Position numbers and translations under genes: made by a program. The notes beneath the pieces are model-generated. The model was not told where the DNA came from and made no database searches. It saw only the letters and a program-made list of their open reading frames with translations. 64,000 nt of DNA. It comes from an uncultured Acidobacteriota bacterium. Lineage in GTDB: Bacteria; Acidobacteriota; Terriglobia; Terriglobales; Acidobacteriaceae. Shown here piece after piece: positions 9,031 through 17,875 of the stretch. Location of the stretch: contig CAVTRQ010000019.1 of assembly GCA_963737175.1 (NCBI GenBank), forward strand, positions 52,521 to 116,520, in the 5' to 3' direction. The first letter of the stretch is position 1, and each line of letters begins with the position of its first letter.

Positions 9031-9615
9031 TCATCCGCTTGCGAATCGCTCCAATTCATAATTGTGGAGCGAGAGTGCAACCGACTGACCGAGAAGTTCC
9101 ACGGAAACGACTAGCTTGCGCTCGTCCCCATTCCCAATCAGGACGCCTTCAACACCGTCGAGCGAACCGCCGCGTATGCGTACCCGCTCGCCGAATTTAA
9201 CAAAAGCATGTGGCCCAACCGGTACTCCGCTGCGCAATACGGTTTGAATCGCAAGAATTTCTTCTTCGGGTATCGGCGAAGGGCGTCCTTGGAAGCCAAT
9301 CCAACGCAACACGCTCGGATGCTGCAATACGGTTGCTTGCACCTCGGCGATGATCGTTGTAGAAACGAAGACGTAGCAGGGAAAGAGGGGAACTTCTAAG
9401 ACTCTAACCCGATCACTCCAGCGGTGAACTTCGCGTGAGACCGGAAGAAATGTCTCTACACCTCTGTCCTGCAACTCCGCTGCGACCTTCTTTTCGTGCT
9501 TGGCGCGGGTGTGAATCGCATACCAATGCTGAGTATCTGCAGCTGTCGACGTAGTATCCGAGAGAGGCAACTGCACGTTCTGCATACTGAGCACCTTTTC
9601 GCCTGCTGGCCCCAT
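9031..9615 (-). CDS. NusG paralog (RfaH/UpxY/LoaP-like specialised antiterminator)
   Basis: NGN motif 'WYAIHTRAKHEKKVAAELQDRGVETFLPV...PLFPCYVFV' and KOW 'GERVRIRGGSLDGVEGVLIG'. It lacks the ribosomal-operon context of housekeeping nusG. Confidence 0.75.
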   Translation of the reverse strand: MGPAGEKVLSMQNVQLPLSDTTSTAADTQHWYAIHTRAKHEKKVAAELQDRGVETFLPVSREVHRWSDRVRVLEVPLFPCYVFVSTTIIAEVQATVLQHPSVLRWIGFQGRPSPIPEEEILAIQTVLRSGVPVGPHAFVKFGERVRIRGGSLDGVEGVLIGNGDERKLVVSVELLGQSVALSLHNYELERFASG

Positions 9616-9856
9616 ATACTCCTCCTGCTCCCACGTACGGTCAGGGTTCGTCTTACATACGGATTCCCAGTCTCCGCTTATGCCGCATTTGTGTGCGGCG
9701 GGTATTCAGATTTGCTCTGCGTCGCAAGAATGAGAGTTCGTTCTCTCGTACCGCCCCAGCTCTGTAATCCAGAAGGTTTGGAAGTGGCGTCAGCCGATGG
9801 GCTCAAGAGCTTCGAAGTCGCGCAACGGACAATCCAACCTTAGAGTCTTGGATACA

Positions 9857-9881
9857 GCTTCGCCCTCAAAGTCACATCCGA
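9857..9881. repeat. Copy 1 of a 25-27-nt direct repeat GCTTCGCCCTYAAA(AA)GTCACATCCGA
   Basis: Read directly: 'gcttcgccctcaaagtcacatccga'. The second copy lies 228 nt downstream, inside the ORF-free region 9616-10814. Confidence 0.85.
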
Positions 9882-10002
9882 GGGCTGCTCCGGTTTGCAG
9901 TTCGCCGCGGTGATGCCACAATTTCCTACTTCAAATGTTTTGCTTTGGTAAGCACTGTCCTACGTTGAAATCTTTCAAAAGACAGATCACCTCGACAACA
10001 TG

Positions 10003-10033
10003 GTGTGAATTGCGTTACCGCTCCGATTCACAC
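10003..10033. repeat. Inverted repeat GTGTGAAT-N15-ATTCACAC between the two direct-repeat copies
   Basis: 8-bp perfect arms at 10003-10010 and 10026-10033. Confidence 0.6.
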
Positions 10034-10084
10034 AGACTCGAGTCTTACGGAACATGGCATCAATGTGGTTCCTCGTACACTGTT

Positions 10085-10111
10085 GCTTCGCCCTTAAAAA
10101 GTCACATCCGA
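10085..10111. repeat. Copy 2 of the direct repeat
   Basis: 'gcttcgcccttaaaaagtcacatccga'. It differs from copy 1 by one C>T and two extra A. Confidence 0.85.
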
Positions 10112-10814
10112 AAGAAAGAATCATTTACGGAGTGCTCCGTAGCAGAATCCTGCTTTGTCCTTTGTACGATGGCTCATTTTGGAGGAATGCTGCCTTCTAA
10201 TTTCTGAAATTCGAGTGTTCCTCAATTTATTCGGAAGCAAGAACCTTAATACACACCAGCATAGCTGTAGCCCCGTTCCAGAGCACACTGAACCTTATGC
10301 AAGGATGTCATCTTTCAACGCAATGAAGGCAAGCAACTTAAGAAGCAACAGAAAAACCTAGGAGGACTTAGATATATTTAGAGGTGTCTACAACGCAGAT
10401 TCGCTCAAATGCTAAGGAGACGTTCGCCAGCGCGGCAAACTCTTCCACCCATGGCGCTTCCGGAACTCTGCAACGCAGTTCGAACGAATTCCGCAATTCT
10501 GCTCGTGGTTATTTGGCGTCAAAGTGCAGCGAATGTTCGCGAATTGTTCGCGGGCAGAACTCGCCTCCCATCGCTGCAAAGTTAAGGATTGCCCGCTCGA
10601 TGCTCAACCTTGGTGTTTTAACAGCACCGTCAGTCGCCGGTAGTCGAACCCGTAAACGGGGCCGCCCCGGCAGTTCGTGCAGACGCACTCACAGCGCCGC
10701 CTGCGGGGTGCGGTGGTGCATATAGCGTTCGGTCATTCGAATAAAGCAAACTCCAGCTTCATCGCCACTCTCGAAAAACGTCAAGGCCGCACAGGAATGG
10801 GGCGCGGAGCACCG

Positions 10815-11687
10815 TCACTGCCTTCGATCCGCAAACTTGTGCGAGCGGCCAATCTTATAGCCCAGAAATTTCGCTCCCGAGCGCAACATCACGCTGGGGA
10901 TCTTCCAAGGGGCTTGCTTGGCGATCAAGGCAATTTCAGAGGTAATGAAGCGCAGGCCCTCACCCGAAGTTCCTCCGAACTCGCGCAGCATCCAGGCGTG
11001 CTCGGCATGCAGTTCGCCTACATATTTGTATCGCTCGAATTCCTGCCGCCACGTATAGTCATGCGAGTGGAACACCTCGGCTTCGGCCACATATGCAATC
11101 TTCCATCCCTTTAGCACAAGCCTGGCTGTCACCACAGTGTCTTCGCCGAAATTTACATCCAGCGGAAAACCTCCCACCGCCTGCAGCGCGCTGCGTCGGT
11201 AGGCCCCAAAGGAGTTGGAGAAGAAGATCGCCTTGAATCCGAGCGTGCCAACGCTCTCCCGGCTACGCACTGCTGAGACCGGTGGATAGTTGAACAGCCG
11301 CGCGTGGGCCTCGATCGGCCCAGCCCCCTTGCGCGGCAACTGCCGTCCGTATGCCGCTCCCACCGACGCGTCTTCGAACGGATGCAGCAGTGCTGCAAGC
11401 GAATCTGAGTTGGCCAGCAAAGCATCCTGGGTAAGATAAACGAGAATCTCCGAGTCGCATGCCAGGTCCACCGCAAGCTGCCGAGTCTTTCCATGCCGGA
11501 ATTCCTTCCGCGCAATGGGCAAGACGTAAAAGCCCTCCCGCCGTGCCAGTTCAGGGGTGCCATCCGTGGACTCGGAATCGATCACAATGACCCGCTGCGG
11601 CGCCACACTCTGAGCATTCAACGCCGCGGCAAACTCTTCCCATTGATCAGCGGCATTCAAGGTGGGAACACAAACCGTAAAAGTCAT
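10815..11687 (-). CDS. Family 2 glycosyltransferase (rhamnosyltransferase-like)
   Basis: GT-A N-terminus 'TVCVPTLNAADQWEEFAAALNAQS...VIVIDSESTDGT' and 'YLTQDALL'. It is the last gene of the EPS operon. Confidence 0.75.
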   Translation of the reverse strand: MTFTVCVPTLNAADQWEEFAAALNAQSVAPQRVIVIDSESTDGTPELARREGFYVLPIARKEFRHGKTRQLAVDLACDSEILVYLTQDALLANSDSLAALLHPFEDASVGAAYGRQLPRKGAGPIEAHARLFNYPPVSAVRSRESVGTLGFKAIFFSNSFGAYRRSALQAVGGFPLDVNFGEDTVVTARLVLKGWKIAYVAEAEVFHSHDYTWRQEFERYKYVGELHAEHAWMLREFGGTSGEGLRFITSEIALIAKQAPWKIPSVMLRSGAKFLGYKIGRSHKFADRRQ

Positions 11688-11758
11688 AAACGTAACGTTT
11701 CCGCGATTGCAACTCTACCCATCTTAGCTTCGGCGCCATCCGATCTGCAACTTACCGT

Positions 11759-12319
11759 TCAGATCGCAAACCAGTAGTCGTAGTCGAGTTTGTAGCGCAA
11801 ATCCTTTGAGCGATGGCGAATAAAGCGCGCTGGGTTGCCGCCCACAACCTCATAGTCGCCAACGTCTTTTGTAACGACCGACCCAGCGTACACCACGCAG
11901 CCCTTTCCCAGCGTAACGCCCGGCATAATAAGCACATTTGAAAAGATGCACGCAAAATCGCCGATCACAACCTCTTTCCCCTTGGTAGCGAAAAAGGGAT
12001 CGTCAATGTCGTGTCCTAGCGTATATATTTTTGTGTCATGCGCGATGGAAACATTGCTGCCGATCCGGATGCCTACTCTGTTATCGAGATAGCAGCCGTA
12101 ATTAATGACTGAATTCTCACCGATACTGATGCGTCGCATGCCAAAGAAGCGTGCGGGAGTGTGAATAACACTTCCTCTCCCGATGTTCACTCCCAATGCT
12201 CGCAGGAGCACATTCTTCAATACAAAGAAAGGCATCCAATTATATGAGAGATTAAACACCCGGATCACCAGGTTCTTTAATTGCCGTGTAGAGCGCCGTT
12301 CAGGAGCGTTTACGTGCAT
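11759..12319 (-). CDS. Hexapeptide-repeat O-acetyltransferase (WcaF/maltose O-acetyltransferase-like)
   Basis: Left-handed beta-helix repeats 'IGENSVINYGCYLDNRVGIRIGSNVSI' and 'VVIGDFACIFSNVLIMPGVTLGKGCVV'. The start overlaps the upstream stop (TGATG at 12317-12321). Confidence 0.8.
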   Translation of the reverse strand: MHVNAPERRSTRQLKNLVIRVFNLSYNWMPFFVLKNVLLRALGVNIGRGSVIHTPARFFGMRRISIGENSVINYGCYLDNRVGIRIGSNVSIAHDTKIYTLGHDIDDPFFATKGKEVVIGDFACIFSNVLIMPGVTLGKGCVVYAGSVVTKDVGDYEVVGGNPARFIRHRSKDLRYKLDYDYWFAI

Positions 12320-13227
12320 CAGCCTTCCCTCATAGTAACGTCCCTACTATGCTTCTCTTCAGTAGCGCCGTTGCGCAAACCGCTTATCAGGCCGGCCACC
12401 ATCCCCCGGACACGGCTCCAGTACGTTTTTCTTTTCTCTCGTTTATTAACGAAGACGAGAGCGCCAAGACAGGAGCGCAGAAGGGATCGTGCGAAACGGA
12501 AAAGCACCGAGTAGTGCCCCCTTCTGATGAACCACCCATTAAGCACACCGAATCCGATGTTATAGGCGTACTCCTTTGCAAGGTTGCTGCCCAGGTATTG
12601 AACGACAGGATGGTAAACCTGTATTGTTCCAACGTAATGCGCGGTCAACGAATTGCTCAAGACCCGCGATAGAAACTCTGTTTCTTCGCCAGACCCGATT
12701 TTTGTCCCGACCCCAAGGCGCTCATCGAAGGTTGGCCCGATTCGAAGCAATGCACCTCGTCGAATGAAGATTCCGCTCGAATTCACTAACTGAAATACAT
12801 TGCGGAATGACAACTTCTTAACAACGCCAACCGGCTGGCGTACGATCGATAGCTGTCGGTCCGGATCAAACACGTTAGTACACAGGCAGTCAACGTGCGG
12901 GTTGCTCTCAAAATAGGACACTACTTTCTGCAACAGCTCTTTCTCGTACCAACAATCGTCGTCGGGAAATCCGATAATATCTCCAGAAAATTTCTCGAGA
13001 CCTATATTCCGTGCGCCGGACAGAGAAATCTGGTGACCAACCTTCCGCTCGACAAAATCAATTCTTGCGGCACAATCCGCTGGCAGTCGAAGTTGTGCCG
13101 TCCCTTGCGACACGAAAATCAGCTCAATTTCGTCCTGAAATGTCTGGTTCGCGAGTCCAGAAGTGAAACGGTCTAGATACGTCTGCCTGTCATAACATGT
13201 GGTGATCAACGATATTTTCATATTCAC
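12319..13227 (-). CDS. Family 2 glycosyltransferase
   Basis: 'ISLITTCYDRQTYLDRFTSGLANQT' and 'GFPDDDCWY' (DxD-type) motifs. Confidence 0.75.
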   Translation of the reverse strand: MNMKISLITTCYDRQTYLDRFTSGLANQTFQDEIELIFVSQGTAQLRLPADCAARIDFVERKVGHQISLSGARNIGLEKFSGDIIGFPDDDCWYEKELLQKVVSYFESNPHVDCLCTNVFDPDRQLSIVRQPVGVVKKLSFRNVFQLVNSSGIFIRRGALLRIGPTFDERLGVGTKIGSGEETEFLSRVLSNSLTAHYVGTIQVYHPVVQYLGSNLAKEYAYNIGFGVLNGWFIRRGHYSVLFRFARSLLRSCLGALVFVNKREKRKTYWSRVRGMVAGLISGLRNGATEEKHSRDVTMREG

Positions 13228-13271
13228 CTATTGCGGCGATTATCAATCTTGCAAATCTATTTTGACTGCGT

Positions 13272-14498
13272 CTAGGTAGCCGTCGCGGCGATGATAGCTG
13301 ATGGCCCGCTCGTTTGGCTCTCTTTCACCGCCGGAGTGGCAAGGAGCACGCTGAAAGCATACAGCGTCAATAGCTCGGGATCATGACCGAGGTATTGGGA
13401 ATTAACCACGACAAAAAGTGCAGGTACAAGAAGCCAGCGCCATCGTACCGCCAGGGTTTTAAAGACAAACCACAAAAAGCAACAATAAAGTGATGCTCCA
13501 ACCAAGCCGAAGTCATAGAACTGATTCAGAAATACGTTGTGAAGATTAGTTTCCTCAAACGGGGGACTCAAGAAGTTAGCGACTGCGAAAACCCCGTGAC
13601 CGAAACAGACTTCACGCAACCCAAAGCTTGGTAGCCAGGTGAAGAAGTAATTCCATAGAAACAGCCTCGCAAGCAATCCATCGCCTTGATTACCAGCGCT
13701 GAGGTCTATGGTGGTAACCGATATGCGCATCAAGACCACTGAAAGACCAAGTAGTCCGCATACTAACAGCGCCACGATTATTCGCCGCACAAAACCAAAG
13801 CCGCTCCTGTACCGGAACAGCAGGTATCCAGAGATGCCAACCACAAACGCCAATTGTGCGGTGCGTGAGCATAGGTATACCAGAGTGAACAGGAACATCA
13901 GAAGAGCCGCTATATCGAATAGCTTCCATCGCGCCTGCCTCATGGAGAACAGCGTGAGATAGGTGAACAGCGTCTTGGTCGCCCAGAGGTTCTTGTTCTG
14001 ATCGCCGAATAGTATAGGAGCCGCGTTCTGGATTGCATACGCATCGGTGGAATCTTGAACGTTGAGGGGAAGCAACCAGAGGTGGCCAGCAATCACATTG
14101 ACCAGCGTCTGAACGAAACTCAGGGCTACTGCGGTAAACAAGGCGTAAATGATTACCTGCCTGATGCCTGCGTCACGACCATTCTTCGAGAGCCAGCTGA
14201 AGTAAGTAGTTGCAGTCAGGAAGAAGAGTGCGTTAACCAATATCCTGAAGGCCACGTCTCCGGCCCCGCCGTTGATTCCGTACATGACGGCAACGTAGAT
14301 GAGGTACAGGGCGCATCCCACCCACGCTGCTCTGGCGCGGCGAATCATCACGCCCCGGAGCGGAGCTGAAAGCAACGCGAACATCACGGAGAGTATAAAT
14401 AGGACGGAAACGGGAGGACTCCCCTTGAGTGGGGCGAAGTACACGGCATTGATCGCGACGAAGACTAAGAGTGCACTGGTCCAGCCACTGATGTTCAT
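13272..14498 (-). CDS. O-antigen ligase/polymerase-like membrane protein (Wzy candidate)
   Basis: Highly hydrophobic multi-TM protein in a Wzx/Wzy context. The start is taken at 'MNISGW' (ATG 14498), which forms an ATGA overlap with the stop of 14495..15751. The ORF track extends to 14588. Confidence 0.65.
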   Translation of the reverse strand: MNISGWTSALLVFVAINAVYFAPLKGSPPVSVLFILSVMFALLSAPLRGVMIRRARAAWVGCALYLIYVAVMYGINGGAGDVAFRILVNALFFLTATTYFSWLSKNGRDAGIRQVIIYALFTAVALSFVQTLVNVIAGHLWLLPLNVQDSTDAYAIQNAAPILFGDQNKNLWATKTLFTYLTLFSMRQARWKLFDIAALLMFLFTLVYLCSRTAQLAFVVGISGYLLFRYRSGFGFVRRIIVALLVCGLLGLSVVLMRISVTTIDLSAGNQGDGLLARLFLWNYFFTWLPSFGLREVCFGHGVFAVANFLSPPFEETNLHNVFLNQFYDFGLVGASLYCCFLWFVFKTLAVRWRWLLVPALFVVVNSQYLGHDPELLTLYAFSVLLATPAVKESQTSGPSAIIAATAT

Positions 14499-15751
14499 CG
14501 GAATGCCTTGCTCCCGGTGTTGGCAGCCTGCGGCTCCACGCCGTCGCTCCCGGAGAGCGCTTGGCACCCAAGCAGATTCTCCAAGCATTGCTTCATGATT
14601 CGTCTCTGATCGTACGCTTCTGCGATATAGGATCGTGCCGTTCGAACTAATGCTTTTCCCAACTCCTTCTCGCGCAAGAGATTGCGGATCGCGGCTGCAA
14701 ATGAATCAGCAGACTCCGCGATGAGAAGATGCACCTTATCCACAAGGCCGGTCCCCTCTGCGCCTACTCTCGTCGAAACGACTGGCAACCCCGCCTCGAT
14801 GGCTTCGACGGTCTTCAGTTTCAAGCCCGCTCCGGAAAACACCGGATTGACGAAGATAGCGGCATCCCGATAAAGCTCGCCGAGCTCGGGAACGTCTCTG
14901 TGCAACTCGATGTCGGGGTACGTTTTACATAACTCATCCAACCAGGATGTGCTTTTGCCTTGGGTCAGGCCGGCAATGACGAATCGATACCCATCGGTGC
15001 CTCGCAGTCGAGGGTGTACTTGCGTCAGGTACCAGGTCACGCCGGCAATGTTCATGGGAATGTTGAGGCCTCCCACGAACAGAACGCTGCCCCCGCGCAT
15101 CTGCTTCTCACCTCGATCAGGCACATCCATTCTGGGAGGGAGAAAAACGGATTTCGCCGCATCCGCCGGATGCGCCTGAACGTGTCTTGCTCTCTCGAAC
15201 TCCGAGATGAACCACAACTGCTCACAACGGGCCATGACATGTCGCGAATAGAAACGAAACTTGGCAGCTTCTGCCAGATAAAAGCACTTTGCCAGCCAAC
15301 TGCGACAGGTCTTGGCCAGTTCACGAAAGTAACGCTCCTCATCGTTGTGGACTCTGAGAACGAAGTGCTTACTTACGAGCGACTCGTTTTCCAGTATGGA
15401 CGAGACATACTCCGATTCAAGAAGCACGCAGTCGTATTGAGCCTTTACCGCCAGGTTTCGCAGCCGTCTCCGGCTCTCCACTTGAAACGGCCGGAGAGCA
15501 AGCACTTCTCTCAGCCCGCGGGATCTTGGCACATACGTAAATTCCCGAACTCTTTCGCGAATCGCGGCAAAACATTCATCGTCCGGCGCACTCATCCCTG
15601 TTGCGATAAGGTCGATATCAAATCCAAGCTCGCGCAGGGTTTCGATACGCTTCCATGTATCCAGGGCAGCGCCATGGTTCGGCGGATAAGGGACGTAGCC
15701 GGCCACCACGAGTACTTTTGATCGCTCTTTTGCCGATTCGCTCATAGTCAC
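14495..15751 (-). CDS. GT-B glycosyltransferase (GT4-like)
   Basis: 'VLVVAGYVPYPPNHGAALD' N-terminus and C-terminal 'FVNPVFSGAGLKLKTVEAIEAGLPVVST' (E-x7-E-type motif). Confidence 0.75.
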   Translation of the reverse strand: MTMSESAKERSKVLVVAGYVPYPPNHGAALDTWKRIETLRELGFDIDLIATGMSAPDDECFAAIRERVREFTYVPRSRGLREVLALRPFQVESRRRLRNLAVKAQYDCVLLESEYVSSILENESLVSKHFVLRVHNDEERYFRELAKTCRSWLAKCFYLAEAAKFRFYSRHVMARCEQLWFISEFERARHVQAHPADAAKSVFLPPRMDVPDRGEKQMRGGSVLFVGGLNIPMNIAGVTWYLTQVHPRLRGTDGYRFVIAGLTQGKSTSWLDELCKTYPDIELHRDVPELGELYRDAAIFVNPVFSGAGLKLKTVEAIEAGLPVVSTRVGAEGTGLVDKVHLLIAESADSFAAAIRNLLREKELGKALVRTARSYIAEAYDQRRIMKQCLENLLGCQALSGSDGVEPQAANTGSKAFR

Positions 15752-15830
15752 TCAGCCCTCGATGGCTTCGCAGAGCTGGAACGCTCGCGAAGACGTACCT
15801 TCCACCCGACGCGGCAGGTTGAAGTTATGC

Positions 15831-16763
15831 TTATCTCGGTCCCGTGCTCGGGACCCTCATTCCCAGCCAGCACCGCATCCCATCCCAGAAGCCTCCAACC
15901 ACAGCTCGGGCTCCCTTCCACGATTTCCTGATCACCAACTCCCTGAACGTAGAGCGCACTAGAATCCTTACCGACGAGTAGATGAACGGCACAGAGAAGT
16001 TCCCGAGCGCCCTTGCTACCAGAAACCGGTTTCGCGAGAAGTAGTATAGCGATGTTGGACTCAATAACGGCCAGTCGCGGCTGTTGAACGTGCTGGACTT
16101 CAGCGATGCGGTGGATAACTTACGCCGGAGCGAATATGCATTGACGTACAGGACGGAAGTTACCCTGGATGCAAGATAGCCGAAGAAAGTATCGTCGAGG
16201 CAGATGAAGAAACGCGGGTCGGGAAATCCGATCTTGGAAATCACCTTCCGGGAAACCAGCATTCCCTCAAAACATCCAACATTCAACTCGTGGGCTTCCC
16301 GCCCGCCGCAGAAGAGCCTGTCAGGGTCAGGAGTCGTGGTCACCGTGCGCGGATTGAAGAGCTCGCCCCAGGTCGCGGGCGTCTGATCTGGATTCATTCT
16401 TCTGCCATGAATGCACCCGGAGCGGCTACAAAATGGCAGCAATCTCTCCAGCCCCTCGGGATACGCCTCCACGTCGTCATCCATCAACCAAAACCAGTCG
16501 TATCCGGAGTCGAACGCTCTCCTTAGCCCTTCGTGGAACCCTCCGGCTCCGCCGGTGTTCTCACCGAGGCGGACATACTCGAAGATTGGGTCGCGCAAGA
16601 TCCCGCTTTCCTCTAGAAATTCTGGCGTCCCGTCGCTGGAGGCGTTGTCGATCACAAAGATCCGGTCAAGCGGTCGAGTTTGTTTCTTGAGTGCCTGCAG
16701 ACACTCAAGAAGCAACTGCTTGCGGTTAAAGGTCACCACCACCGCGGCAAACGTTTCCCTCAC
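15831..16763 (-). CDS. Family 2 glycosyltransferase, candidate galactofuranosyltransferase
   Basis: 'AVVVTFNRKQLLLECLQALKKQTRPLDRIFVIDNASSDGT' and 'WLMDDDV'. The GTG start overlaps the glf stop (GTGA at 16760-16763). The Galf specificity is inferred from the coupling to glf. Confidence 0.65.
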   Translation of the reverse strand: MRETFAAVVVTFNRKQLLLECLQALKKQTRPLDRIFVIDNASSDGTPEFLEESGILRDPIFEYVRLGENTGGAGGFHEGLRRAFDSGYDWFWLMDDDVEAYPEGLERLLPFCSRSGCIHGRRMNPDQTPATWGELFNPRTVTTTPDPDRLFCGGREAHELNVGCFEGMLVSRKVISKIGFPDPRFFICLDDTFFGYLASRVTSVLYVNAYSLRRKLSTASLKSSTFNSRDWPLLSPTSLYYFSRNRFLVARALGNFSVPFIYSSVRILVRSTFRELVIRKSWKGARAVVGGFWDGMRCWLGMRVPSTGPR

Positions 16764-17875
16764 TGGTGAGCTACCCCCGTTCTTTTGGGAAGTTCCCTAG
16801 CCGCCAGGCTCAGCGCGGCCGCCACTACCTGGTCCATGTTGTAGTATCGGTATTCGGCAAGCCGTCCGATGAAGTGGATATTAGCTTCCGTCTCGGCGAG
16901 GCTCCTGTACTGGTGATAGCGCTGCTGGTTTTCCGGCGTCAGAATCGGATAGTAGGGATCGCCGCTGCCCTGCGGATATTCGCGCACAATTGATGTGCCC
17001 GGGTGGCGCTGGCCGGTGAGATGTTTGAACTCCGTAATCCGGGTAAACTCGAAATCGTTCGGATAATTGACGGTGCCCACCGGCTGACAGCGCTCCACCT
17101 CTGCCAGATGTTCATGCTCGAAGCGCAGCGAACGGTACGGAAGCGCGCCGAACCGGAAGCCGTAGTATTCGTCGATAGGACCGCTGTAAAAGACCTCCTC
17201 GAACTCCATCCGCTCGCGCATCTGCTCGAAGGTGACCCCCAGTTCCACGCTGATTCCAGGCTGCTGCAACATGCGCGTGAACATGGCGGTGAAACCTTCG
17301 GCTGGCATATTCTGGAAAGAATCGGTGAAGTAGCGGTCATCGTCGTTGGTGCGCACCGGGATGCGTCCGGCCACCGCCGGACTGAGTTGGGAAAGGTCGA
17401 GGCTCCACTGCTTGTGCGTGTAGTTGCGGAAAAACTTGTCGCACAGATCCCGCCCCACGCTGCTCAGCACCACATCCTCGCTGTTCTCGATGCGCTCCCG
17501 CTTTTCGCGCACGCTCTCCAAGTATGCGGCCACGCCCGCTTCGTCCAGGGACAATCCGTAGAGAGAGTTGATCGTGGTGCGGTTGATCGGCACCGGATAC
17601 AACCGCCCTTCCACCGATGACAGGACGCGGTGTTCGTAGGGGCGCCACTCGGTGAAGCGCGAGAGGTACTTCACAACCTCCGCCGCATTGGTGTGAAAAA
17701 TGTGCGGACCATAGCGATGAACCAGGATCCCGAACTGGTCACGCTCATCAAACGCATTCCCGCCGATGTGCTCGCGCCTGTCGATCACCACCACCGATCG
17801 CCCCGCTGCTGCGTAGCGCTCCGCGATTACGCAACCGGCGAAGCCGGCCCCTACCACCAGTACGTCCGTCTTCAT
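16760..17875 (-). CDS. glf: UDP-galactopyranose mutase
   Basis: FAD fingerprint 'VVGAGFAGCVIAERYA', then 'IGGNAFDE', 'HRYGPHIFHTN', 'NYPNDFEFTRITEFKHLTGQ' and 'GRLAEYRYYNMDQVV'. The size of 371 aa fits. Confidence 0.9.
   Translation of the reverse strand: MKTDVLVVGAGFAGCVIAERYAAAGRSVVVIDRREHIGGNAFDERDQFGILVHRYGPHIFHTNAAEVVKYLSRFTEWRPYEHRVLSSVEGRLYPVPINRTTINSLYGLSLDEAGVAAYLESVREKRERIENSEDVVLSSVGRDLCDKFFRNYTHKQWSLDLSQLSPAVAGRIPVRTNDDDRYFTDSFQNMPAEGFTAMFTRMLQQPGISVELGVTFEQMRERMEFEEVFYSGPIDEYYGFRFGALPYRSLRFEHEHLAEVERCQPVGTVNYPNDFEFTRITEFKHLTGQRHPGTSIVREYPQGSGDPYYPILTPENQQRYHQYRSLAETEANIHFIGRLAEYRYYNMDQVVAAALSLAARELPKRTGVAHQ

Noticed and set aside
10636-10643. ops-like sequence GCCGGTAG (compare the RfaH ops core GGCGGTAG) in the 1.2-kb leader.
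   Set aside because: It has one mismatch and lies on the plus strand, opposite to both the EPS operon and the NusG-paralog gene. An 8-mer near-match is expected by chance.
10384-10725. 113-aa plus-strand ORF (with 9935..10207 and 10155..10361) inside the ORF-free leader.
   Set aside because: It has no recognisable motif, no ribosome-binding site, a Ser/Arg-rich composition, and an orientation opposite to all neighbouring genes.
14960-15721. Long ORFs antisense to annotated genes: 14960..15721 (253 aa), 21418..22323 (301 aa), 43593..44942 (449 aa), 45131..46381 (416 aa) and 59557..60552 (331 aa).
   Set aside because: Each lies fully inside a gene with clear family motifs on the opposite strand. 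Their translations are Arg/Ala/Gly/His-rich and low in complexity, as expected for stop-poor shadow frames in GC-rich DNA.
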